Below, in pieces: positions 39,156-47,977 of a stretch of 64,000 bases of DNA. Position 1 is the stretch's first letter; each line of letters opens with the position of its first letter. The position numbers were made by a program, and so were the translations under genes. The stretch is from Armatimonadota bacterium (GTDB lineage Bacteria; Armatimonadota; Zipacnadia; Zipacnadales; VGFC01): contig VGFC01000002.1 in the NCBI GenBank assembly GCA_016869045.1, positions 2,777-66,776 of the forward strand, in the 5' to 3' direction. The notes below the pieces were generated by a model. The model was not told the origin of the DNA, did no database searches, and saw only the letters and a program-made list of their open reading frames with translations.

Positions 39156-39701
39156 CTATTCGGCGGTCGGCTTGCGCGCACCTCCAGGGCGGCGACGTTT
39201 TCTCTGCAGATTGGGATGGGCCTTCATCCCCTCGAGTACGTTGAACACGACCGGGCAGTAGGGCACCTGCTGCAGCGTGCCCGCGATGTCATCGAGCATG
39301 TGGCAGTGGAGATAGGGGAAGCCGCAACAGCGGCTGGGGCGATCAGCGTAGATGGTGCAGTGGTTCTCCCGGAGGAACAGGCACGGCTGGCGCTTCAGGT
39401 ACCACAGGCCGTCGCCCTGCCGCTCGGAGTGCTCCCTGCGGAACTCGGCGAGGGTCATGCCCGCGGCCGTGGCCATCTGAGCGCAGTCCGCAGCGGTGAG
39501 CTGAAGCTGCATCGCCGCGCAGCAGTTCGCGCACTCCCGGCAGTCGATCCGCTCCCACGCGCGGTTCGCCAGTTCCACTTGCAGCTCCATCACCTGCCGC
39601 CGCGACCACGGGTGCCGGTACTTCAACCAGCGCAGGAAGTTGCGGTTGTCCTTCTCCCGGCGGATCGCCAGGCGGTGAATGCGTTTGGGGTCGGTCTCCA
39701 T
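39156..39701 (-). CDS. YkgJ-family (CxxCxxCC) cysteine-cluster protein
   Basis: DCRECANCC, PCLFL...CTIYADRPSRCCGFPY. Confidence 0.85.
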   Translation of the reverse strand: METDPKRIHRLAIRREKDNRNFLRWLKYRHPWSRRQVMELQVELANRAWERIDCRECANCCAAMQLQLTAADCAQMATAAGMTLAEFRREHSERQGDGLWYLKRQPCLFLRENHCTIYADRPSRCCGFPYLHCHMLDDIAGTLQQVPYCPVVFNVLEGMKAHPNLQRKRRRPGGARKPTAE

Positions 39702-39728
39702 AAGTGGGGAAGGGCTCCGAGGGGCGGG

Positions 39729-40424
39729 TCAGTACCTCTCCATCGCGGTGCACCAGTAGACGCGCTTGGACCAGCCGCGCGCCTTGCTGTGGATGAGGCT
39801 GCGCACTTCCTCGCCGTCGTAGTGGATGGGGCGGCCGGCGACGCCGAGTTCGCGGGCGAAACCCTTGGCACGGATGACGCCGCGGCCGTGGAAGTGGATG
39901 GTCACCTGCTTCTGCTGGCTACGGCGGCGCGGGTCGAGCACCGTGAGGACCACCGTTGCATGCGAGGGCCGGGCACGATCGGACGACTCACTCGCGATCA
40001 CGAGCGGGCGACCGCCCTCCGGGAGGTCGGCAGCACCCCCGCCACCGAGTTCCACATGGGGGTAAGTGCCCGGCTTGGCGAAGATGGGAACGGCGCTCTG
40101 GTCGGAGACGCGAATGCCGAACTTGCGGAACATGGCAAGGGCCGGTTGGTCGCGACCGCCTCGCACCGGCAGCGGGGGCCCGTCGCCGGCCTCACCGGTC
40201 ATCGGGACGTTCGTGAGGCCCTGGCGCAGCATGACCTCCTTCAGCGATCCTCCACACAGGTCGTGGAAGAAGGCCGTCGCCTCGTTGTTGCCGATGACGG
40301 TCTCGGCCGCATCGATCAAGATCTCCTGGCCGTCGTCGGTATGTGTGCGGTACCTGGGGCGCTTGCCCCCGCCGCCACTACCGAGGTTGTTCAGCCAGTC
40401 GCGGGCACGTTGGAACCAACCCAC
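39729..40424 (-). CDS. Hypothetical protein (about 231 aa)
   Basis: Open frame with GGAGG upstream of GTG 40424; the ORF-track extension to 40541 only translates a heptamer tract. No family recognised. Confidence 0.55.
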   Translation of the reverse strand: MGWFQRARDWLNNLGSGGGGKRPRYRTHTDDGQEILIDAAETVIGNNEATAFFHDLCGGSLKEVMLRQGLTNVPMTGEAGDGPPLPVRGGRDQPALAMFRKFGIRVSDQSAVPIFAKPGTYPHVELGGGGAADLPEGGRPLVIASESSDRARPSHATVVLTVLDPRRRSQQKQVTIHFHGRGVIRAKGFARELGVAGRPIHYDGEEVRSLIHSKARGWSKRVYWCTAMERY

Positions 40425-40447
40425 TGTACGCCAGGCCTCCGGAAGGC

Positions 40448-40503
40448 GGTTTCGAGTTTCGGGTTTCGAGTTCCGGGTCTCACGTCTCGGGTCTCGCGTC
40501 TCG
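40448..40503. repeat. Heptamer tract, 8 units of (G/A/C)GT(T/C)TCG
   Basis: ggtttcg agtttcg ggtttcg agttccg ggtctca cgtctcg ggtctcg cgtctcg. Confidence 0.9.
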
Positions 40504-40540
40504 GCAGTTTGCAGGAAAGACACAGGTAGCCTGACCGGCA

Positions 40541-43474
40541 TCAGTCGCGGGCGAGATGCCGGACCAAGACCATCTCATTGACGATTGCACGGTAGACCTC
40601 CTCCAGGTCCCTCCGCCTCACGCGAACACCCAGTGCTTCGCACACCGCTAGATCGAAGGCCACCCGGCTCCCGTCTGGCTGAATGGGCTTTGGCCCAACG
40701 GCCACGCCCTGCAACGGCAGCCGTCGTGCCCCAGTTCGATCGAGCTTCGGTTCCTCCCAGAACTCCCGGTATCGGGCCTCGAAGTTCTGGTCAAGCTGGT
40801 CCCTCAGGGCCGGGAACTCCGACCGAGCGAACTGATTGAAGACATCGCATAGGGCCGGAACGTCCCTGTCTGTCGGGCACAGCGGCATGGCCTCCAGGTC
40901 GTAGAAGCGGATGTTGACATAGCGCCCTCCGCTCTCCTCCTTGAGGAGGAAGAAGTGCGAAAGGAACAGCGCGGAGTTCATCAGAACGCACACCGCCCGG
41001 GCTCGGTCGGGGTCCGGTTCGACCACAACGTTCAGCACGTTAGAGGGGCATATCTGCGTCTCGCTGTAGAAGGCGAAAAGCATCGTCTGCGGGGAGAAGG
41101 GGTTGATCCGGTGGGTGCACACAAGCTGCGTCCCTATGCGCCCAAGACTCGCCTCAACGTCTCGCCAGAAGCGCCTCCAGTTGAAGCCCTCCCCCTCCTG
41201 GAACCCGCTCGCGCGGATCACCTTCCCCAGATTTGGGTAAGGCGCGCACGCTACGTAGTCGTGTGCCCCAGTAATGTCGAAGCTCGACAGCCCGATGCCC
41301 GTCCTAAGAGATGGCACGAAGGCATCGGCCTCAAGTGCGTAATGCGTCGCTCGTCCCCCTCGTGCCCGGCGCTCATGCAGCATCCTGGACGCTGCTTTTA
41401 TGACACCTGGCTCCTCTCCAATCAGGCGCAGGAATGCCTCCTCAACGCGCGCTGGATTTGTGCCTCTGGTCACGAACATGAACTGCGACACACCTCGCGG
41501 CACCGGGCGATAGCCCTCCCGGAAGTACCTTGCGGGGAACTTCCCTAGCCTGCCCGCGAAGCGGTCGGCGAACCCCATGAGCGAGCGCCGTGCGCTGAGG
41601 CTAGTGCCACTACAGAACCACATTAGGTTGTCCATTCGCTCGTGAATGTCAGCCAGCGGCACTGCCCAAGTGTCGGCCAGTTCGCTTTCGGAGTCGCGCA
41701 CCTCTGACCTTACGGCCTCGCCGACCACTCGCACGTCCTCCTCATCGAGGTCTTTTAGGTCCTTCTTGACCAAGCAGAATTTAACTTGGTGGTCGGCCTC
41801 TGGCGCCCGCCTCTCCGCAACAAGCAGAACATCGCGGTACTCGGCCCATTCGGAGAACCCATAGTTGGCCGTTGCCTTCAGTACCGAGACTGGCGTCCAC
41901 TCTCTGAACAGTAGTTCGCGCACCTTCCGACTCTCCCGGCCCCGGAGGACGTTGATGGGAAGGACCGCCCCAACCCTGCCACCGTCCCGCAGCACGGTCT
42001 TGGTGAGCGCAAGGAAGTGCCCCCAGAGACCGACCTCACCTCCGCACTCTGGAGCAAACCGGCCCATATTGACGTACCGGCCAATGCCCCTTTCCACCTT
42101 CGTGAAGGGGGGGTTCATCAGTACGCGGTCAACCCATTGCAACTTGATCTCTAGGTCCTCCCCCCGACTGGTTCTCCCCCTCCGAGTGCCGCGGTAGATC
42201 GGCAGAAGCGCTACGTTCGGCCCGTCTGAATACGGCACGCCATACTCCAGATTGAGGCTATCCCCCTGGATGATCTGAGTATGCCCTATCGTTGTTCCCG
42301 GGTCCATCCCCGCGAGGTTGGCAGACGCGAGGTGTACGCTGAACGGCATGATGTCGGCCCCGAAGATCTCCCTCTCACAGAACCGTGTGTGCGGGTTCCC
42401 GGCAATCCCCTCTGCCTTGCACAACTCCAACTTGCGCCTGTAAGCTGCGACCAGAATCGTGCCAGAGCCACATGCAGGATCAAACACAGTGTCCGCGCTC
42501 GACTCGATGGAGAGGTGCGCCAGGAGTGCCGCGGCCAAGGGTCGAGTGTAGAACGCGGCCAGCATCTTCCGAATGTGGGTCGGCATCAGCTCGTGGAATA
42601 TTCGACCAGGGAGTTCGTACCGGACCTTCTCGATGCTAAGTCCCCAGATGAGGTTGAAGGTGTCGGCGACGTAGCTGTCCGGAATGCACCCCAAGACATC
42701 TACGCCGTAGATCATGCGGTAGTTCTCGTCCACGATCGCGCGGAAGGCTTGCCTGAGCAACGACGCGCTCGGCGGGCCGGTCAGGAAATCAAACATGCGC
42801 GGTCTCGCGGCCCACAGGAGGCGGAAGAACATCACTTGGCTCAGGAAAATGTACGATGCCAGGAAGCGACCGACTGCCTCGATGTTCCGCTGAGGGAGGT
42901 TGCCCAGCCCCGTCAGCAGGTCTTCGTCCGTCACGATCCGCAGCAATGTTGCCTCATCGAGAGGCAACTGCCTCATCATCTCCTCCACGTGAACTTGGAG
43001 CAAGGAGACGACCAGGTCCATCGGGTAGTGCGAGACTTGGCGTTGCTCAAGCGCGGGAATGACCTCGTCGATCAGGAAGCCGAGGACCCCCGCGAATGGC
43101 CGATCGCGCAGTTCCTCCTGCATCGGCCCAGCGTCGACCAGCACCGAAGGCTTCAGCCGATCTAGGGCCGAGACCACCATGCTCTCTTCTGGGATAGTGT
43201 TCCGGATTGCGGTTGGGAAGAGGGCTAGCATCCCGAAATCTATGCCGCTCTCCCCCTTGTGGCGGAGGTACTGCAGGAAGGCACCCTTCAGCGTCCTAGC
43301 GTCCTCCCCGATCTTGACGGAGAGGAGCCACCGATGGCCGCAGAGATCGAACACGATGTCGGGCTCCGAGTTGAAGCGAACCTCCTGCACCCCCGAACCT
43401 CCAGCCTGCCTGATCGCCTGCATCAGCGGGTCATAGAGGGTGCGCTCCGTGATGTGACCGAGAAGCGACGGCAT
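40541..43474 (-). CDS. N6-adenine DNA methyltransferase with probable N-terminal nuclease domain (type IIG-like restriction-modification, 977 aa)
   Basis: Motif I VFDPACGSGTIL, motif IV LMNPPF, FYTRPL, FGADI. N-terminal E..PD...SVK. Long C-terminal TRD-like region. Visibly lower GC than its neighbours. Confidence 0.8.
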   Translation of the reverse strand: MPSLLGHITERTLYDPLMQAIRQAGGSGVQEVRFNSEPDIVFDLCGHRWLLSVKIGEDARTLKGAFLQYLRHKGESGIDFGMLALFPTAIRNTIPEESMVVSALDRLKPSVLVDAGPMQEELRDRPFAGVLGFLIDEVIPALEQRQVSHYPMDLVVSLLQVHVEEMMRQLPLDEATLLRIVTDEDLLTGLGNLPQRNIEAVGRFLASYIFLSQVMFFRLLWAARPRMFDFLTGPPSASLLRQAFRAIVDENYRMIYGVDVLGCIPDSYVADTFNLIWGLSIEKVRYELPGRIFHELMPTHIRKMLAAFYTRPLAAALLAHLSIESSADTVFDPACGSGTILVAAYRRKLELCKAEGIAGNPHTRFCEREIFGADIMPFSVHLASANLAGMDPGTTIGHTQIIQGDSLNLEYGVPYSDGPNVALLPIYRGTRRGRTSRGEDLEIKLQWVDRVLMNPPFTKVERGIGRYVNMGRFAPECGGEVGLWGHFLALTKTVLRDGGRVGAVLPINVLRGRESRKVRELLFREWTPVSVLKATANYGFSEWAEYRDVLLVAERRAPEADHQVKFCLVKKDLKDLDEEDVRVVGEAVRSEVRDSESELADTWAVPLADIHERMDNLMWFCSGTSLSARRSLMGFADRFAGRLGKFPARYFREGYRPVPRGVSQFMFVTRGTNPARVEEAFLRLIGEEPGVIKAASRMLHERRARGGRATHYALEADAFVPSLRTGIGLSSFDITGAHDYVACAPYPNLGKVIRASGFQEGEGFNWRRFWRDVEASLGRIGTQLVCTHRINPFSPQTMLFAFYSETQICPSNVLNVVVEPDPDRARAVCVLMNSALFLSHFFLLKEESGGRYVNIRFYDLEAMPLCPTDRDVPALCDVFNQFARSEFPALRDQLDQNFEARYREFWEEPKLDRTGARRLPLQGVAVGPKPIQPDGSRVAFDLAVCEALGVRVRRRDLEEVYRAIVNEMVLVRHLARD

Positions 43475-43514
43475 CGGCGTTACTCCCTCTTCATTGGAAC
43501 TGACCTACTGGCCG

Positions 43515-43556
43515 CGTCTCAGGTCTCAGGTCTGAAGTCTGAGGTCTGGGGTCGGG
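43515..43556. repeat. Heptamer tract (GGTCTSA), 6 units, overlapping the dehydrogenase 3' end
   Basis: cgtctca ggtctca ggtctga agtctga ggtctgg ggtcggg. Confidence 0.85.
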
Positions 43557-44667
43557 AAGCCAAGATGCAATTCGCCACGGCGTCACCGACCTCCTGCGTC
43601 GTGGAGGCGCCGCCGATGTCCGGCGTCCGAACCGCACCCTCGCGCACGACATCGGCCACAGCATCGTTCAGCAGGTGGGCGGCTTGCGCCTCGCCCAGTT
43701 CATCCAACATCATCCCCGCCGTGAGTAGCGCGGCAACCGGGTTAGCAATCCCGCGCCCGGCGATGTCGGGAGCGGTGCCGTGCGGCGGCTCGAACATCCC
43801 GATGCCCCCCGGATGGATGTTGCCGCCCGCCGCCATGCCCAGGCCGCCGAGCAGCGTCGCCGAAAGGTCGGTGATCAGATCGCCGAACAGATTCGGCGCC
43901 ACCACGACGTCGAAGTGCTCGGGACTCGTCACGAAGCGCATCGCGAGCGCGTCGGCGTGCATCCATTCATGGTCGATGTCGGGGTACTCCTCGGCGACCT
44001 CCTCGAACACGTCCGACCAGAGCTTCATCCCGTAGTTGAGCGCGTTCACCTTCGTGCAGCTCGTCACGAGCCGCTTCCCGGCGCGGCGCCGCGCCAGCTC
44101 GAAGGAGTACTGCATCACGCGCCGGCAACCGTGCTCGCTGTACAGGCCGATCTGCACCGCCAGCTCGTCGGACTGCAGGAACGCGGGCCGGAGACTCGCC
44201 CATTGCTCGAAGCCGGCCTGCTGCCGCGCATACCGGCCGCCCTGGCCGACGTAGAGCCCCTCGGTTCCCTCGCGGACCACGACGAAGTCGATCTGCGACG
44301 GGTCCTTGCCGGCCAGCGGGAACGGCGCGCCCTGCAGGGGCTTGACCGGCCGCACGTTCGCGTACTGGTCGAAGCCAAAGCGGATCGCCAACACCACGCC
44401 GCGCACCGCCACCTCCTCCGGCACCTTCTCCGGCCAGCCGACGCCGCCCAGGTAGATCGAGCCGAACTGCGCGAGGATCTCGAGAGCGTCCGGCGGCATC
44501 ATCTCGCCGTGCTGCAGGTAGTACCCGCAGCCCCACGGGAAGTCGGTGAACTCGAAGGTGAGGTTCGGGGCAGTCTGCTCGAGACCGCGCAGCACCTTGA
44601 TGCCCTCCGCGATGACCTCGACGCCTATCCCGTCGCCCGGGATGACTGCAACGCGATGATGGGACAT
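43519..44667 (-). CDS. Isocitrate/isopropylmalate/tartrate dehydrogenase family beta-decarboxylating dehydrogenase (382 aa)
   Basis: AVIPGDGIGVEV, FDQYANVRP, VVREGTEGLY, FDVVVAPNLFGDLITD, MFEPPHGTAPDIAGRGIANP. Confidence 0.92.
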   Translation of the reverse strand: MSHHRVAVIPGDGIGVEVIAEGIKVLRGLEQTAPNLTFEFTDFPWGCGYYLQHGEMMPPDALEILAQFGSIYLGGVGWPEKVPEEVAVRGVVLAIRFGFDQYANVRPVKPLQGAPFPLAGKDPSQIDFVVVREGTEGLYVGQGGRYARQQAGFEQWASLRPAFLQSDELAVQIGLYSEHGCRRVMQYSFELARRRAGKRLVTSCTKVNALNYGMKLWSDVFEEVAEEYPDIDHEWMHADALAMRFVTSPEHFDVVVAPNLFGDLITDLSATLLGGLGMAAGGNIHPGGIGMFEPPHGTAPDIAGRGIANPVAALLTAGMMLDELGEAQAAHLLNDAVADVVREGAVRTPDIGGASTTQEVGDAVANCILASRPQTSDFRPET

Positions 44668-44680
44668 GGAGCCCTCCAAG

Positions 44681-44766
44681 GCAGGCCGGCGAGACGCCGG
44701 CGGTCCCGGCAGACGTCAAAGGCAACGGCTGCCACCGCACGCGCGCAAGGGTGCGCGCGGTCCCAG
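44681..44766 (-). repeat. Two family C REP-like units
   Basis: 44681-44729 matches 28583-28632 in reverse with few mismatches; 44737-44765 matches 58581-58609. Confidence 0.8.
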
Positions 44767-44772
44767 GAACGG

Positions 44773-46605
44773 CTAACGCTCCAGTTCCGCCCAGGCCGCC
44801 CGTGGGTACCAGCACAGGATGCCGTAGGCCTCGGTGCCGACAAGGACTCCGGCGTGGCCGAAGAAGAGCGCGGCACGCGCGGAGTAGACGGGCGGCAAGA
44901 GATGGGAGCCTTCGCCCGGCGCCAGGAACAGCGTCGGGTAGACGTTGCGCGCGAGGGGCGTTGTGAAGAGATCGACCCCCTGAGCGCCGGTGACGACGAA
45001 CTCGGGGTTGCCGCCTGGAGTCCAGTCGGTGACCGAGAGAGCATTCGGTCGCAGCAGGCTGGCCTCTTGCAGGGCGGAGTCCCCGGTCGGGCCGCTGGTG
45101 TACAGCTCGATCTGGGCGGCCTTGGTGAACACGGGCGGGCCGTCCCGCCGGCCCTGGTTCTCCAGGTAGATGATCGGCTGGGCGGGGGTGAGCGGCTCGC
45201 CCGGAATCTCTCGTGCGCCGATGAAGAAGTCGGTGTCACCGTCGAGGTCATAGTCGCAGGTTGAGACCGTGGTGAGCCCGGTCGCCGCCAGCGGTCGCCC
45301 GCCAGCGGTGAGGCGCTGAGCGCCGAGGAGACCGGCCCGCGTGCGCGGGGCCAGGACGACCTCGCCGCTGCCGCCCCCAATTGCCAGCATGTCCACGGCA
45401 CTGTCGGTGTGAAGGGCGAGGGCCGGCTGGGCGTAGCCGCCGGGACACCGGTAGAGGCCCTCCGGGGATCGCACGAGCATCTCGGCTCCGAAGACCCCCT
45501 GCTTGGCGCGACCCTCGCCCAGATAGACTCTGAGCAGACCGTCCTCGCCCCCGACGAGAAGGTCCTCGCGCCCGTCGCCGTCCCAATCACCCAGGTCCGC
45601 CGCCGCGCAGCGACCGGCGTCGATGGGCGCGTCGGCCTGCTGCAGGTAAGGTCGCACGGCGAGCTGCGCCGCGTCCGTGCGCTCCAGCAAGACCACGCGG
45701 CCCGACCGCGTACCCAGCAGCAAGTCGGCGTCGCCGTCGCGGTCCCAGTCAACGCATCTGGGTGCCAGGTCCTGCAAGGGCGCGCCATCCGGACCGATGA
45801 TCCGCCCGTCTTCGCCGGACAGAGGCGCCGGAGCTTCGAAGGTTGGCGGGTCCGCACCGGCCTTCCCGAGCCGCGCAACGGCCCGGCCATCACCCGTGCC
45901 GACCACCAGATCGAGCACTCCGTCGCCATCGAGGTCGGCGATGTCTGCGCGCGGATGAGGCAGATCGCCGGCGGGCACGATCTCCTGGGGCGGGGCGAGG
46001 AGGGCGTCGCCCTTCCGCCGCGAGAGCAGCACGCGGCCGTCGGGGCACGAGATGTAGAGGTCGGGTCGGTCGCCCGGGCGAGGGCTGACGGCGGAGATGC
46101 CACAGTCCTCGGTGGGGAGCAGGGGCTGGGCTCCCTCGGCCAGCAACTCGACCCCGGGCGCGAAGCTCGCGTGGCCGTCGATCGTGCGGGTCTCGTAGAG
46201 GTAGACCTTCGTGCCGGCGGCGAGTAGCAGGTCCAGGTCGCCGTCGGCGTCCCAATCGCACGCGGCGGGACATGCCGGCGCGCGAACGGGGCTGAAGGCG
46301 AAGGGCTGTGTCTCCGCGCTGCCGAGGCCGGAGGGCTCCTCGAAGATGCCGTCGGGACGCTGGCGAAAGAAGAGCAGGTCCCCGTAACCCGAGCCGACCA
46401 TCAGGTCCATGCGGCCGTCGCCGTCCCAATCAACCGGCGAGAGCTGGACCCAGTCGCCGCCAGTCAGCGGCCCGACGGCCTGCCGGAAGACGATTCCCCG
46501 CAGCCACGCGAAGGGGCCCGTCTTCGTGATCTCAGTGAAGCGCTGAGCGTGGGACGGCTGAGCGAGGAGGACGACAAGCGCAAGGAGATTAGGGACAGGC
46601 CCCAA
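44773..46605 (-). CDS. Secreted FG-GAP/VCBS-repeat beta-propeller protein (about 610 aa)
   Basis: At least six D(W/L/Y)DxDGxxDL-type repeats. Signal-like LLALVVLLAQPSHA. Only nearby in-frame start is TTG 46605, inside a palindrome. Confidence 0.8.
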   Translation of the reverse strand: MGPVPNLLALVVLLAQPSHAQRFTEITKTGPFAWLRGIVFRQAVGPLTGGDWVQLSPVDWDGDGRMDLMVGSGYGDLLFFRQRPDGIFEEPSGLGSAETQPFAFSPVRAPACPAACDWDADGDLDLLLAAGTKVYLYETRTIDGHASFAPGVELLAEGAQPLLPTEDCGISAVSPRPGDRPDLYISCPDGRVLLSRRKGDALLAPPQEIVPAGDLPHPRADIADLDGDGVLDLVVGTGDGRAVARLGKAGADPPTFEAPAPLSGEDGRIIGPDGAPLQDLAPRCVDWDRDGDADLLLGTRSGRVVLLERTDAAQLAVRPYLQQADAPIDAGRCAAADLGDWDGDGREDLLVGGEDGLLRVYLGEGRAKQGVFGAEMLVRSPEGLYRCPGGYAQPALALHTDSAVDMLAIGGGSGEVVLAPRTRAGLLGAQRLTAGGRPLAATGLTTVSTCDYDLDGDTDFFIGAREIPGEPLTPAQPIIYLENQGRRDGPPVFTKAAQIELYTSGPTGDSALQEASLLRPNALSVTDWTPGGNPEFVVTGAQGVDLFTTPLARNVYPTLFLAPGEGSHLLPPVYSARAALFFGHAGVLVGTEAYGILCWYPRAAWAELER

Positions 46606-46645
46606 TTTCCGACATGACGTCCGTCGGAAATTGGGGCCTGTCCCT
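46591..46645. repeat. Perfect 23-bp inverted repeat (family D)
   Basis: AGGGACAGGCCCCAATTTCCGAC, 9 nt, GTCGGAAATTGGGGCCTGTCCCT. Confidence 0.92.
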
Positions 46646-46666
46646 GATTTCGCCCTTGACCTACGT

Positions 46667-47896
46667 CTACAGCTCATTGAGGTTGTCGCGGACCTTGGCG
46701 ATGGCGGCGGCGATGTCGTCCATGTCCGCCTTCTCACCCAGCAACATGCTCTGGAACAGCCACCAGCCCTCGGAGGCGCAGACGCGCTCGGTGACGGGGC
46801 AGTGGACCTGCGTGTAGTCAACGGAGCCGGTGTAGAGCTTGCAGGCCAGCGGGCACTCGTCGGCCCGGATGCCATTGCGGAAGAGCTGCTCCTGGTAGAG
46901 GGGGTTGTACCCGCGGCTGATCGGGATGCCCTCGGCGTTCATGGCGGCGAGGAACTGCTCGCGAGAGAGCCCGCCGAACGCCTCCGCATCGTACTTGCCG
47001 ATGAACAGGTGCCACGCGTTGCGGGTCGCGCCATTGTGCATCTTCGCGTAGTCCACGCCCGGGATGTCCTTCAGGAGCGACTGCAGGTAGAAGCCACACT
47101 CGTCGCGGCGGTCCATCAGCTCGGGCAGGCGCTTGAGCCCGCAGCGGATGAGCGCGGCCTGGAATTGCGTCAGGCGGAGGTTGGCGCCGAGGATGCGATG
47201 GTCGTACCAGCCGCCGTCGGGCGCACGGCCGACGTTGTGGATCGACCAGGCGCGCGAGTAGAGGTCACCGTCGTTGGTCAGGATGATCCCGCCCTCGCCG
47301 GCGGTCACGTTCTTGCTGGACTGGAAGCTGAAGGCCCCGAGGTGCCCGATCGCGCCGACCTTCGTGCCGCGCCACTCCGCGCCGTGGGCCTGCGCGCAGT
47401 CCTCGATGAGGATGAGGTCGTGCTTCTCGGCGAGGGCCAGGAAGGCGTCCATGTTGCAGGGCGAGCCGCCGATGTGCACCGCGATGATCGCCTTCGTGCG
47501 CTCCGTGACGGCGGCCTCGGCCGCGGCGGGATCGAGATTGTACGTGTCCGGGTCGATGTCCGCGAAGATCGGCACCGCGCCGACCATGAGCGCCGAGTTG
47601 GCGGTCGCGATGAACGTGTACGGCGGAACGATCACCTCGTGACCCGGCCCCACGCCGGCGGCGCGCAGCGAGGTCTCCAGCGCGGTGGTTCCACTCGTCA
47701 CGGCGACCGCGTGCTTCGCGTCGTGGAACTCCGCGAACTCCTGCAGCATCATCTCGCCGGTCTTGCCGCCGATGCCCCAGACGTCGCTCTCCAACACCTC
47801 CAGCAGCGCGGCGCGGTCGTTGTCATCGTAGATCGGCCACTTGGGCCAGGGCTTCGTGCGGGTCTTCTCCCCGCCGTTGATTGCGAGGTTGGGCAT
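46667..47896 (-). CDS. DegT/DnrJ/EryC1/StrS PLP-dependent aminotransferase (AHBA-synthase-like subtype, 409 aa)
   Basis: AVTSGTTALE, LIEDCAQAHG, FSFQSSKNVTAGEGG. Confidence 0.93.
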   Translation of the reverse strand: MPNLAINGGEKTRTKPWPKWPIYDDNDRAALLEVLESDVWGIGGKTGEMMLQEFAEFHDAKHAVAVTSGTTALETSLRAAGVGPGHEVIVPPYTFIATANSALMVGAVPIFADIDPDTYNLDPAAAEAAVTERTKAIIAVHIGGSPCNMDAFLALAEKHDLILIEDCAQAHGAEWRGTKVGAIGHLGAFSFQSSKNVTAGEGGIILTNDGDLYSRAWSIHNVGRAPDGGWYDHRILGANLRLTQFQAALIRCGLKRLPELMDRRDECGFYLQSLLKDIPGVDYAKMHNGATRNAWHLFIGKYDAEAFGGLSREQFLAAMNAEGIPISRGYNPLYQEQLFRNGIRADECPLACKLYTGSVDYTQVHCPVTERVCASEGWWLFQSMLLGEKADMDDIAAAIAKVRDNLNEL

Positions 47897-47918
47897 CGTG
47901 CTCCCCCGGAGTCGCATT

Positions 47919-47973
47919 GTAGGGGCAGCTCGTGAGCTGCCCACGCCTTGGGCAGAGCACGCTCTGCCCCTAC
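47919..47973. repeat. Inverted doublet of GTAG REPs (family A)
   Basis: GTAG-GGGCAGCTC GT GAGCTGCCC (47919-42) and GGGCAGAGC AC GCTCTGCCC-CTAC (47950-73). Confidence 0.85.
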
Positions 47974-47977
47974 ATGG

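Noticed and set aside
46606-46875. ORF-track extension of the FG-GAP gene, and similar extensions for trpB2, murJ, the GT4s and the 15232, 17337, 18871 and 40541 ORFs
   Set aside because: The extensions run through neighbouring genes, promoters or repeats; downstream starts fit SD or signal-peptide evidence better.
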